DNA of 64,000 nt from Camelus ferus (Eukaryota). Below the pieces are notes generated by a model that had not been told where the DNA came from, did not search any database, and saw only the letters and a list, made by a program, of their open reading frames with translations. Position numbers and translations under genes: made by a program. Numbering within the stretch: the stretch's first letter is position 1; each line of letters starts with the position of its first letter. The stretch is from positions 15,130,001 to 15,194,000 of the forward strand of contig NC_045696.1 in assembly GCF_009834535.1 (NCBI RefSeq), read 5' to 3'. Positions 13,642 through 26,312 of this stretch are shown here, piece by piece.

Positions 13642-14019
13642 TCTGTGCCTGAAGAGTGGTCTGGGCATCTCCATATTAATCCAGAGCTAAACTATTACAG
13701 TCTACTTTTTGTGATGAGGATAAAACTCCTCAGCAATGAATAGGGAGCATCACCACTGGGTTATCAGTCAATGTCGATGAACTCTATGTAATCAATCAGC
13801 AATGGGGTTGGTAGGAAGAAATATGTTTCTAACAGACCTTAGAACATTCATTTAAGATTAATTTCTCAAAGATGGAGAGGGGGAAAATTACCGAGGCAGG
13901 ATGTCACCTAGGTAGGTAATCATCCCCGAGATAAAGGGCAGTTTATTTGCCCTTACTTGGCAAAGTTCACGTCCTAGAGCTTTGATTGCTTGCTGCCCAA
14001 TAATGGAAAAAATAATCTC

Positions 14020-14440
14020 ATCAAAATTGCATTTCCTTTAACTCTCATCATTCAAAGAACTCATTCTAAGGAAATAATCAAATACTTGAACAAAGAGAAA
14101 CACTCAGACATTCATTACAGGGAAAGTAAAGCAGGAATCTGGTTAAATAAATCATAATATTTTCAAAATGAATTATTATACAGCTATTGAAATGCAGATG
14201 CATATTTATTTTCCACCAATATAGAAAGTAATTCACATAGTGTTAAATGAGTAAAAAAGGTAAAAAAAATGGTATTTATATAATATGATCTTTCTAAAAA
14301 ATACATACACAATTAGAAAAAGTTCTATGAAAATATAAACCAAAATGTTAGCAGTGGTTATTTTAGAGTAATGGAATTTTGAATAAGTTTCGTTTTTAAA
14401 TTTAAGTTTATATTTTTCATATGTTTCTCAACTTCCATTG
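14020..14440 (+). mobile_element. Old L1ME-like 3' fragment
   Basis: ctaaggaaataatc...gaattattatacagctattgaaa...ccaaaatgttagcagtggttatt. Confidence 0.6.
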
Positions 14441-16186
14441 AACTATGCCCCTGAAACTTGTTGGCCTAGAGCCAGTTTTTTAGTATGGTCACAGGGAAGA
14501 GCGTCTGATTGAAACATCAAGAAGGAGAAAGGTGTGATAGAAAATTTCCTGTCAGACAAGAGAGAAAAGAAAGTTCTTGTAATTCACAGCAGATTCTAGA
14601 AGTGGGAGAAAACTAGAAAGATCGGAAGAAAGTTCCCTTCATCCATATATACTCATCCCATGCTCAAATTCCAAGTCCCTAAATGTTAAATAGGGAGAGG
14701 TTATAGTAGAATGGCTATTCCCTATTCCCTGCTTTGGACCATGCCTACATCATTGCAAAACAAAGCACGTGATATCTGTCTAATGTCAATACCAGAAACA
14801 TATGCTGGTCTTAGCATTAATCCTGCATGAAGTTATCTTTGCTTATTTCTGTCCTTGTTTTACGATGGGTATTCTTGGCTTTGTTTTATCTTATCTAGTT
14901 GTAAGCGTAATCATTCTAAGGCAATGGCTTATATTTTATGCACTGTTGAAGCCGAAATAATCATCTAAGTTGTATAGCTTGGATTTATTTTTCTTTTAAT
15001 TAAGAAAAAACATCTACTATATGTCACTTCAGATGTTAACCTTCAGCCTTAGAGGCAAACTATTGCCACTAATAATGATAATACATACAAATTTTCATAC
15101 CAAGATAGTGTGACACAATTTAATTAATCATTAGTTAAATGATAATTTAATGTGGGGTTTGAGAGCATTTTAAAAGAAATTTAATTGCTTTAGCTTGACT
15201 TCCATCTCTTCGTAGAGAACATTTCTTTCCATTGGGAATAAAAACAATCTATATCATTCTGTATGCACCCAGTTAGAGCTTCTAGGGCTGAGAAGAACAT
15301 GGTTTAGTCGTTAGAAAAATATCCACAAGCAATGGATTTTCAAACCAATCTCCTTCCCAGAAGTTTGTAATTATTTGGTGATTACTATGGGAGTCCTGTA
15401 GACAGGGATTTTTTTTTTAACAAGTTAAATAAATGTGTTCAGGGAAAGATGGGGAAAAAAAGAAAAGAAAAAAATGTTACATGTTTTAAAACTGCTGAAT
15501 CAACCAAAAAAAAAAAAATCTCAATATTTTGGGTAGCACAAGTAAAACTGTCCCAGTTTCAAATTAATTTTTCTTCCAAAGATATGTTCACATGGTGCTT
15601 TGGGCATCAGTCAGGATGATTTGGGCTCCAACAAGAGTCAACGGACATATCAAAATAGACAATTTACTGCTAAGTAGGAGAAGAAATCCTTTGCCGTTCT
15701 TACTGAGCCGGCTTATTCCTTAATCTGCCTCCACTCATGATCACAGCTGTAGAAACTTTCTCCAAAAATGTCAAAATCTATCAGAACAAGAGAGATACTT
15801 CCTCCCTGTCACTCTTTATGACAGCATGGACATCATTTCAGTCATCTCCAGGAACTGTCCTTCCTTTTGACCTGAAGAAGATCACTGTCTACTTCCCAAA
15901 GAACACATTAATGAGATGAGTATGAACTCTTTTTTTGCTTCAACTTCACAGTGTTTACCATTAAGTCACAAGGGAGGGCAATGAGCAAAACTCAGACCAC
16001 TGCCACTATTCATGTAAAAGTGTCTGATACGAAAGCTGCAGAGTAACATAGTTTATTTGATTTGACATTAAATTCAGTGAAAGATCCAGGGTGAGCTTAG
16101 TTTTTCTATTTAATGCTATCAGCAAACTGATACTTCAGAAATGTTATTTAGACTTAAAGGTGTAGACATGAGTTTATTTATTTCCA

Positions 16187-16578
16187 TGTTAATCAGTATA
16201 GACCAAGCTATGCTTCAACCCCCCAAAATCTCAGTGACTAATGATAGCACTATTTTATTTCTTGTGTTTATAAAGTCCACCGTGGGTTTGGTTGACTTAT
16301 CCACTTAGTCAGTGATTCAGGACACCAGACTGCTTCACTCTGTTGATATTGCCATCTTAACAATGGCCACTATGCCGAGTATCTTCAAGGCCTGTGGTAG
16401 AGGTGGTAGAATTGCTACTTGGGATTATCATTCCTGCAGCCCAGGATTGACACCCATCACTTCTTTTGCTTTGTCTGGGTCATAATCATACGGCCTGCTA
16501 GGAGTTAGAGTTGCTCATATTCCCATGAAAGAAACGGTAATCCGATATTGTTGAGCGCTGTCATTTTCTATCACTCTA
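16187..16578 (-). mobile_element. Old MaLR LTR (MLT1K/L-like)
   Basis: aaaatctcagtgact..ttatttcttg; agtgattcaggacaccagact; gacacccatcacttct. Confidence 0.55.
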
Positions 16579-16907
16579 CTCAATAAATGCTTCTTTCCTC
16601 CCTTGCCCACATCTGCTCATTGTGTTTTACAATATTTTTTTCTCGTTTAGTATTCAAAAGTTTTCGAAATAGAGCACTATCAGTAATCTGGGTGTTTGCA
16701 TTATCAAGTCCACATACTCGTGGCGCACATGGCTAAACAACTACTTGATGCCTTGTTTCTTAGCTACTTTCTTCATATTGGATTGCAGCTACCTTTACCA
16801 AATGAATGGAGTTGGAAAAGGAACTGCAACTGATGAGCTATGCCTTTTGGAAAAATAATCCCATTTTAGGGTGAGAAGAGAACACTATTAAGAGTTAAGT
16901 AGCCAGA

Positions 16908-17269
16908 AAGAGAATGAAAAATACCATATGAGATCGCTCATATGTGGAATCTAAAAAAAAAAAAAAAAAGCATAAATACAAAACAGAAACAGACTCATAG
17001 ACATAGAATACAAACTTGTGGTTGCCAAGGGGGCGGAGGTTGGGAAGGGATAGACGGGATTTCAAAACTGTAGAATAGATAAACAAGATTATACTGTATA
17101 GCACAGGGAAATATACACAACATCTTATGGTAGCTCACAGAGAAAAAAATGTGACAATGAATATATATATGTTTATGTACAACTGAAAAATTGTGCTCTA
17201 CACTGGAATTTGACACAACATTGTAAAATGATTATAAATCAATAAAAAATGTTATATTGTTTAAAAAAA
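16908..17269 (+). mobile_element. Young 5'-truncated L1 3' end with TSD
   Basis: ataccatatgagatcgctcatatgtggaatct...aataaaaaa; TSD aagagttaagtagccaga (16890-16907) and aagagctaagtaaccaga (17270-17287). Confidence 0.92.
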
Positions 17270-19659
17270 AAGAGCTAAGTAACCAGACTTATAATCACAC
17301 ATCTACTAAGTGGCAGTTCTAAAACACATCAGAGCTACCTGAATGTCAATTTAAATTATTTCCAGAAAAGCTCATTTGCAATCTTGCCTTGTGGATCTTG
17401 AGTGACCCATACCAAAAGTTCTTTAATAGTACATTGAGATTTGAAATATGAAGCACTGACTTTTAAAATATTGAATTTTGCTAAGTGTCCCCAGTGGACA
17501 TCAATAGTCCTTCCAGTTTATGCCATCATTGCTACACCGCTAGTCTGAATAAATATTATTAAGTGAAATGAGTTTGATGTGATATGAAATTATTTTATTT
17601 AAAAGAAATATTTTCAAAATCCAACCTGTAAGATATGTTGTTACAAAACCTTAGCTTTCTACCTTGACCCCATCATCCCAGCCCAATGGCACAAGTTTAC
17701 ATGGAATTCAATTGTATGAGTTTGAAATCTAATCTCTAGCTTGAAAAGTTACATGGGAAAATACTTACTTATTGGGGTCTGGGACTTATTTAGGAAGTCT
17801 TTTTTTTTTTTTTCATTTTAAAATCTGAGAAAACAAAATTAATAGCTTCCTACAACTAACTTCTGGATGCAGAATGCATTGAGTTTCTCACGCTGCTGAA
17901 ACTCTTGGCAGAGTCGGCTTTTTGTTCTCTACACTGCTTGATGCATGGAAGCCAATGCTCAAAGCCAAACCATTTCTAAGACAAAGCTTGGCATTTTTTT
18001 TAAAATAAGCTAGGAGATAGTATCTTGCATCACTGTTATAGACTACTCAATCTGGCATTTACCAGTGCTCCACTTTGATATATCCCTCTCTCTGCATACA
18101 TTTCTTTTCCTGGAGTTATAGGTAGTTACATTTTTCAAGAGAAAAAAGTGGGTAAGGTTATGGTGAGCACTATTAATGAATCCCAAAGTAGGAAGGGACC
18201 TTTAGGATACCTAATTTTCAAGTAACATGTGCCAAGTCCCTTATTTACATGGGTGGAAATTATGAATTTATCAAAGTCGTAGTCTTTTTTTTTTCAACTA
18301 TAAAGGAGATAAGGCCCTAGAATATATATTGGCATAAATAAAATTTGGTTCTGCTACCGCTACCATAGTAATAGTCTTACTTTGTTTAGGAAATGCAGTT
18401 GAGGCTGCAAGACTGCGTATATGAATCAAGGAAATATCACACCTAAGCCAAACACAGGAAACCAAACACAGGTTAGAAAGATCTGTGGATGAAAGACACA
18501 GGAGGCAGAAGGCACATCAAAGAGGAATAAAGGACAAGACAGAATTAGAGTGTATATCATGATCAAGTGAGATGGTCACACACCCAGACGTTTGGCAAAG
18601 GCCTCTTGTCCATTTCTTAGCTGAACAATACAAACCCGTTTGTCAAAAAGAATAGGGCTAATGAGTTAATTTTTGTATCCAATAGCCAAAGACACTTGGA
18701 TGGCTATTTCCTTTCCTCACTGAATTTTGATCTTTTGCTTTCTGCACATGCTGCATACAGATTGCAGCAGATGTGTAACATCCAACCCCAGTGAGACTAA
18801 CAGTAGAAGCTGTGGGGTTTGACATTTCTGTTGTAGTCATAATTGGAAATAAATCTTCAGTTTCAAAGTGGCTTAGGGGGTCTCTGATTACTCTTTGCAA
18901 ATACAGTGGTGGTTCAATTAGCATATCTTAAGCTAATTTACTGGAAAGTTCCTTGGAGTCCTTCCAGCCACTGGGTACACTATCATATGGAAGTAGTGTG
19001 GGTGGAGTAAATGATGCCACCCAGAAGAGGGAAGCAAACCCAGTGCCAGACATTGGAGGAAGGAATAGAGAATATAAGACACAGAAATGCAGGAAAAAGA
19101 AAAGAAGGGCAAATGCAAATGGACAGTGACTAATACAGAATTCAAACACTGAAAAGTGAAGAAGGGGGCCTGTGTCACACCCACAGTGCCCTCCCAAAAA
19201 TTCTCAAACCCAGAATCCTGCTGAGGGAATTGGAAAATCTGATATTGCATTTCTTAAACCCACCACTCAAGTATTTGGGCCAGGGATGAACTGAGCATCT
19301 TATCTGGAGCTGACGGGCTCTGAGCTGATCAGAATTCTGTGGGGTAGATTGATATGAGAGTTTGTTCTCACTTCTGTTAGATGTGTCTGACTGAATTTTA
19401 CCAAATTTCCCACCAAGATTTTTTTTTAAGTGTCAGATACTGAGATTTCTAGCAGTTCATGGGAGAAACCCTTAAACAAAAAGCAATAGAAACAATGACT
19501 AAATGGGCCTAAGAAAGTAAATAAAGATACAGAGGATAGAACACGAGAGTTAGTCCCTCAGAAATATTGGGAGCTGATACTGACAGGATATGGACACCGT
19601 ATATGGCGAGTGGAGAAGGTCACATGACCAGCTCCTCCTGCTAAGATGTAACAAGTCTA

Positions 19660-19911
19660 TGCCTTAGGTCAGGTTCTATAGAAAACACCCATGTATTAGG
19701 TTAGGTCTTTTCTATAGAGAATAGACTCTCATGTGCAGCTTTAAGTGCAGTTAGTTTACTGTGGCCTGCTCTTGGGAACAGTCCCTTTGAGAAGTCAAGA
19801 TACAGGATCAGAGGAAAGAGTTGAAATTTGACGTAGTCACAGCAGTCTCAACAAGATTTCTGGAGCTATGTGAACCTTTCAGAGTTGTCCTTCCTGAGGC
19901 AAGAGGCCAAC
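19660..19911 (-). mobile_element. LTR16A-like ERVL 3' LTR, truncated by L1 insertion
   Basis: tgccttaggtcaggttc terminus; shares cctttcagagttgtc (19875-19889) with the LTR at 22919-22933. Confidence 0.75.
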
Positions 19912-22190
19912 CTTCTGGTTCCAGCCAAGATGGAAAACCCTCAGTACATTCAAGTTTCTCCCTCTTCCAACTTAAAAGTCTTGAAAGTAGCACAACGAAC
20001 AAGCATAAGAAGAGTCTGGAAGATTAAAGAAGTAGGTAGACTGCCTAGGGACCTTGGGACTTGAGGAACGCCATGGTGGTGAGTTCCCTGGGTTTTATTA
20101 TTACCCCCACCTATCCCAGACAGGGTGCTACAGGAGCCCATGTTGGAACCACAAACAGACCAGCCGAAAAAAAAAAAAGAGCTCAAAGTAAAACCTATTT
20201 CCCCTAGCCAAAGAAAAAACGTAGCATAATAATGAAAATATTTTGGCAATTGCTGCCTTACTCCAGCCAAATACCAACAGAAAAATCTACAACACACCTT
20301 CTCCCCACCCACATTTTCAGCAGGCCTGAGTAGGGAGTTGATACGAAACCTACCTTCCTATCTTGCAGTAGCGGGTAGCAGGGCTCCAATTTCCCCATTC
20401 GTTGATGTCAGCAGGACTGAACAAACAACAAATCTTCCATTTCTGGCCTTGTAGAAACAGGTGGGACTTCCATTTCCCAGCTAGATGTGATCAGTGGGGC
20501 AGAGCAGGGAGCTGATCTTTCAACCCTCTCCTGGTAGAAACAGGTGAGAGCAATTTGATTCAGTAAAATAGGAGGGACCAAACAGGACACTGATCTCAAT
20601 ACCCTGTTTGCAGAAGCTAGTGGTTCCCCACTTCTCCCACCAAGATATTATTTGTGGGGGTTAGCAACAAGCCCCCTCCACCTCTATCCAGAAGTGAGAA
20701 GAGTTAATGAGATCTTACAGAGGCAGGCTATTCACCACTAGTCGTCATCCCCCTACACCTTGCAGCTCCACCCCCTGTGTCTGCAGAGCCCAATTGGAGT
20801 TAAATCTCCATCTCCAAATGGCAGCAAAGAGCCTGGGTGAGGCAGAACTACCCAGCACTCTGCCCCCATCCTTAGTCTCAGCAGGACTCAGGGAAGAATG
20901 AGCCTCCACCTCTTGTCAGCATCATGAGACAGAACAAGGTGGGCAGAAGCAATGCTAGTTTATATTCCACTTCCTTCTACAGCCCCAGTGCCATTGGGCT
21001 CAGCAAGAGGCTGAACTTCAGTCTCCATCTGGAAGCAAAAAGCAGTAGGGTTCAGCTCTCTCCTTTCCCATTCCCTGACATCAGTGGGGCTAAGAGAAGC
21101 TGAGTGCCCTATCTGTGTGCAGCAAGGTGATGCGAGCCTGCTCTCTGCTTTTGCTTGTGTGGTGCTGGCAGACCAAGCAGGAAGCTGTACATAAAAGCCC
21201 ACCCAGCTCTTGCAACATGCCTTATCAAATTAAATAGGATCTAGAGCCTCATAATATTCAAAATGTCTAGGGTACAATAGAAAACCCCTCATCATACCAA
21301 AGCTAGGAAAATGACAACTTGAATGGGGAGAAAGAATAAAACACCAACTCTAAGATAAATCAAGTGTTGAAATTATTTGACATGGGCTTTAATGCCACCA
21401 TCATTAAAATGCTTCAGCAAACAATTACAAGTTTTGTTGACATGAATGAAAAAACAGAAAATCTCAAGCAAAGAAATAGAAGTTGCATAAAAGAACCAAG
21501 TGGAAATTATGAGACTGAAAAATGCAATAACCAGAAAAAAATTCATTGGATGGGTCTAGTATTAAAGTGGAAATGACAGAAGAAGGAGCCAGTGAACTTA
21601 AGGACATGTCAGTAGAATTTCTTCAATCTGAACAACAGAAAGAAAGAAAAAAACAAAACAAAACAACAACTAACATTTGTATCATCAAAGTTCTAGAAGA
21701 GGATGGGAGTCAAAAAGTACTAAAAAAAAATAGCTGAAAATTCCCCAAATTGGTGAAAGGCATAAACTAACTCAAGATTCAAGAACCTGAGAAAAGTGCA
21801 AATGGATAAAACCAAAGAAATCCACACCAGACACATAATAATTAAATGTCTATAAACTAAAGAGAAAGAAAAAATATGGAAAGCAGCTAGAGAGAAATGA
21901 GCATTACTTACAGAGCAACATCAATTTGAATGTTAGTGATAGTCTCAAACCACAGAGGTCAGAAGGCAGTGACAAGTATTTTTCAAGTATTGAAAGAAAA
22001 GAACTGTCAACCACAAATTCTATATCCTGCAAAATTATCTTTCAGAGGTGAAGGGAATATAAAGATATTCTCAGATAAAGGAAAGCTAAGATATTTTGTT
22101 CAAAAACCTACCACTAAATAATAGCTAAGAGAAGTTCTCTAACCAGAGAAGAAATAATAGCAAAAGAAGCTTTAGAGTTTAAAGCAAAAA
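19912..22190 (+). mobile_element. Old L1 (L1MC/L1M-type) 5'UTR and degraded ORF1; ORF2 and 3' end missing
   Basis: cttctggttccagccaagatgg L1-type start; GC-richer 5'UTR; ORF1 C-terminal peptide IFQVLKEKNCQPQILYPAKLSFRGEGNIKIFSDKGKLR. Confidence 0.85.
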
Positions 22191-22194
22191 CGAT

Positions 22195-22735
22195 GCCCTC
22201 CAGTAGTCATTAACATGCAAAAATGACTTTATAATTCTTCCCCTTTCCTACAGGTCCATTTGTATGACTTTCTGAGATCTCCTAGTTCCTAATCTTACAA
22301 CCTTCCTCTTTCTGGACCACTGACCAGCCAGCCAACCCATTCTCCACTTTATACCCTACCCACAAGGCTCCAGGCTTTCACACTTAGTCTTTAATTGGAG
22401 GTTAGTTACTCTCAGCTTTCAACATTGTTTTCCTCTTATGCATCAATTTCCTCCAGCAACAAACATCAAATTCTATAGTCCTTATATTTAACCCTTTACC
22501 CACATTTCTCAAAATCCTGACATACTACCTCTGCCACTGCATTTTCTCCCACCAATATCCCATCTCTGTTCACATTTCTGACATTTGAACAGCTGTACCA
22601 TTACAGGTTGGAGGATCTATCCACAACCTCCATAAGTATCTATGATGATGTTATCAGAGCCAGCAGGCAGGAGGGTCACCCAGCTTCAAAACCCCATTTT
22701 AGAAACTTCTTTCTCAGACCACTCCTGGTACTAAT
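22195..22735 (-). mobile_element. ERVL (ERV3-16A3-like) internal remnant: PBS and gag 5' part
   Basis: On the minus strand the LTR end is followed by at-tagtaccaggagtgg (ERVL Leu-type PBS tggtaccaggagtgg), then ATG at 22697 reading MGF*SWVT. Confidence 0.75.
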
Positions 22736-23176
22736 TGTCTTAGATTATATCTCCAGGAAACAGAGAGAGATTCACATGGGGGGCTTTTATGGATTTTACT
22801 GGGGAGTGGTTACAGGAACAACACCTGTGGGGAGCAAATAAAACAGGTTGAGCAGAGACTGAAGATGAAAGGTGATGCATTTGCAAGGATCTCCAGAGAA
22901 GCTCTGCCAATGGGTTGGCCTTTCAGAGTTGTCACTCAGTAAGCCAAAAGGACCAGGCTTTTATTCACTGCTTCAGTGAGTTATTGGGCAAGGTCTGCCC
23001 CCAAGGAGAAGGCATGATTTTCTGTAAAACAGTTCTCTTCAACTGAGCTCAGTTCCCAAGAACAATTCAATTAATGGCTATCAGCAGCCAATATTCCCAG
23101 TAACTGGGAGAGTAAGTACCTGCATTCTGAGTGGGGAGTCTGGGAAGTTACCATAGAACCCACAGAATCCACTGCA
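22736..23176 (-). mobile_element. LTR16A-like ERVL 5' LTR, complete
   Basis: tgtcttag...cacagaatccactgca termini match recalled LTR16A; adjacent PBS. Confidence 0.8.
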
Positions 23177-23914
23177 GTCAACTTGGGATTATGAACAATT
23201 TTTCTGTTCCTAAATTAAATCTCAGCCTCAAACATGTCTGATTGTGTAACTATTTTAAAAGAATTGACTGTACTCTTATTTCTATGTATGCCCTTGTGAT
23301 TAACTTCCACGACTTGAGCTTAACAGGTGAGTTTCTACTAATTGTTAGCCTCTAGATATTTTTCGTATGGTGAAGGTATCTAGCTACATTCTGGTTAAGA
23401 AATGAATGAAAATACAAAAATTTTATGCTGAGAGATGATGTGCTGTTAAAAAAAAAAGTTTCTGGTATCTATATAATTCCTGACCAGAACAATGTATAAA
23501 AAGTTTGCCAAGGGACTGATGTCTGATTATCTTATCTACGATTTATTGACATCAAAGAACCAAAGGGCCAGGACTATTAATAAATATGTTCTTAGATAGT
23601 TGGAGAAGTATGGAAAACAGAACTTTATTGAATGGATTTGCTTGCTTATCCAAAAACTATTATACCACTTGCTGCTTGTCCAAAAACTATCTTACCACTA
23701 AATCAATAACTTTTGTCAAATATCAGGAGAGTCAGTTAACAATACAATTTTATATTTGATTTTAGAGGCTTGGTGACATGCAAGATTTCAGTGCATTTTG
23801 TAACTGTATAAAAATGTGACTCATTTAGTTCCTTGTATAGTAAGTTTAACATATGTTTCTTCATTGATATTATAGTTATTGAAAATATCACATTTACATT
23901 TATTCAAATACTTT

Positions 23915-24240
23915 TTTTCAGTACTTATTAAATGATAATATACATCCATATTGCAAGTGTTCAGCTGTTTGAATTTTCACAGACTAAGCACATCCTTGTA
24001 ACCAGCATGCTGGCCAAAACTCAGAGCACTGCCAGCCAACCCATGGTGACTCCCTCCATCTCTCATGAGTCCCATCTGACTTTGCCTCTTCCCAGTAGTT
24101 TACTGCTATCCTGGATTCTAACAGCATAAATTAATTTTATCTATTTTTCTAATGTATGTAAATCATATAACATCATTCTTCTTCATCTAACTTCTTTTAG
24201 CTCACCATTATGTCTGTGGGATTCCTCCACATTATCCTGA
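23915..24240 (-). mobile_element. Old L1ME-like 3'UTR fragment
   Basis: aagtgttcagctgtttgaattttcacagactaagcacatccttgtaaccagc...ctggattctaacagcataaattaatttt. Confidence 0.65.
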
Positions 24241-25249
24241 ATATTTCAGTCAACACACCTTGATTGATCACTTACTTACTATGTGCCTGGTACTGCTCCG
24301 GCTGCTCCTCACTGATCCGTGGGCTACATCCCCATTACTAATGATCTTTAAAGAGTATTCATAACTCCTACTAAATGAGAAATTGAAAACCAGTACAGAA
24401 AGTTGATAAGATCCCTGAAAGAAACAATTTGGTAAATAAAGTTATATTTTGGCTGATCAAGTTGGCCAGAGCAAAGTTTACATTTGGCTACATTCGAATT
24501 TGTAGTCACCACAAAGTGGAGAACAATGCGTGTGGAGTCTGCCAAGCTGAAAACAGCACATATATACTTTTTTATGGTTTAAAAAAAAATCTTTCCAGAA
24601 AATAACTACTAGCAAGATTTACGGTGAAAGTCAACAGAGTTTGGAAACTCATTTGGAAACTCTAACACAATGTCTGCTGAGTCTAGAAGACAGTGCTGAG
24701 ATCCCACAAAACAGGGGATTGTACTATGAAACACAAAACCCTACATAAATTCATTTCATGACTGAAAAGCCATTTGAAATAGGTAGCCAATCAAAGTGGC
24801 TATTTATAGAGTGTAAATGTTTCCAGTAGATATCATAACTTAGAGTATTGATTAAGAACAGAGTGTTTATCAAGTTTTTCAGTAGTTTTAAAAATATTTA
24901 GCATGCAAATTACTAGAGAGACTGTATCAGCTTAATTAAAGGAAAGGGTAAAGAAGTGTGGTAGCTTTTTCTCCTATAAAACAGAGCATCTCACTGCACC
25001 CTGCAAGGAGGTACACTTGTGAAGAATCCCCTGTTGCCTGCATTCAGTTATATTTCATCAAGGTAGAGACTGGTAGGAGGCAGTGGTGGTTGGGAGGTGG
25101 ACCACATCTCAAAGTGATCAACTATGGGGATGCAATGAGATGATGTCATCTCTTCAACCCTCACTTTGTAGAAACAATAAGCCAACTAGTGATTTACATG
25201 TGTACGGGGGCTACCTACTCTAGGAAGTCTAGGCATATAATGGAAATTT

Positions 25250-25790
25250 CAGAGGTGTAGGAAAGTGGTGTTAACTGGAAATCTGAAAGAAGTAAGAAAA
25301 ACAGTGTTGGGAATATGAAAAAGGTAGAAGTAGCATTCTAGAAAATGTGACCACAGTATTGGAAATCCCTGTGGTAGAAAGTCCACAATTTCGTTTAAAG
25401 TGTTTTTTTTTTTAAATTTTTATTTTTTATGGTATTGGGGATTGAACCTGGGACCTCGTGCATGTTAAACACATGCCCTGCCACTGAGCTATACCCCCAC
25501 CCTGCCAGAGGATCCACAATTTGAATAAAAGCTAATGTAACTAAAGTAGAGACAACACTGGAAAAAGTGAAATGAGGTTGGTCTGGTCAGCAGAGAAAAA
25601 TACTGCAGTATCTCTCGGATCATGTAAATGATTGGCTTTAATCTTGAGAGTAATAGGAACCCAAAGACAGGCTGGAAACAGCAGTTATAGAATCAGATTT
25701 GTGTTGCTCATTACTGAGTACAGAGATTAGGTTGAAAAAAGACAAGAAGAGACAAACTGAAGTAGACGAACTTGCTGTACATCTATGAAG
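25250..25790 (-). mobile_element. L2 fragment hosting the SINE
   Basis: gcattctagaaa...gatcatgtaaatgattggctttaatcttgag..ggaacccaaagacagg..atcagatttgtgtt. Confidence 0.5.
25392..25506 (-). mobile_element. tRNA-Ala-derived SINE (camelid Vic-1 type)
   Basis: Minus strand gggggtatagctcagtggcagggcatgtgtttaacatgcacgaggtcccaggttcaatccccaatacc plus A-rich tail; TSD core tccacaattt at 25382-25391 and 25513-25522. Confidence 0.9.
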
Positions 25791-26287
25791 TGGTCAAATG
25801 GTGGTAGAAGGTAGAGGAAATGCTAAATGAAGAACTGTGAGATATGGGTTCCACACTTTTCCCATTAGTGAATATTTCCATGAACACTGAAAATTAATTT
25901 ATCTGTGATTCCAGTTCTTCAAATATTACGTGATAATAATACAAATAATAAATAAGACAAATACTTTTCTTTAAATTACAAAATTGTGAGAAGTAAATAG
26001 AATGACATAAAGACCTTAATAAAAACCAAAGAACATGGCTTATTGTTGTTTTAATTACTATAAATTTAAACAATAAATGAAATGAATAAAAACTTGCCGA
26101 GAATATACAGACTCACCATGAAGAACTCAGCCATAGTTAGATCAGGAAATTAAAGAATTTCAATTTTCCTAAAGAAGTATTTTGGCAACTCATTCAAAAA
26201 TAATCAAAGAAAGTTAGCTTAAACCTAAAAAAAGTCTATACCTCATCGATAGTGACATATAAAAAGACTACACACTGATCTCTCTTG

Positions 26288-26312
26288 CACACACACACAC
26301 ACACACACACAC
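26288..26312. repeat. (CA)n microsatellite
   Basis: Read directly from the sequence. Confidence 0.95.

Noticed and set aside
18658..19250. Two in-frame minus-strand ORFs split by one stop (possible pseudogene or gag remnant)
   Set aside because: No protein family recognised, no poly(A) or TSD; resemblance to ERVL gag too weak.
25430..25500. tRNA-Ala gene
   Set aside because: Substitutions in the stems and anticodon region, plus an A-tail and TSD, show it is a SINE.
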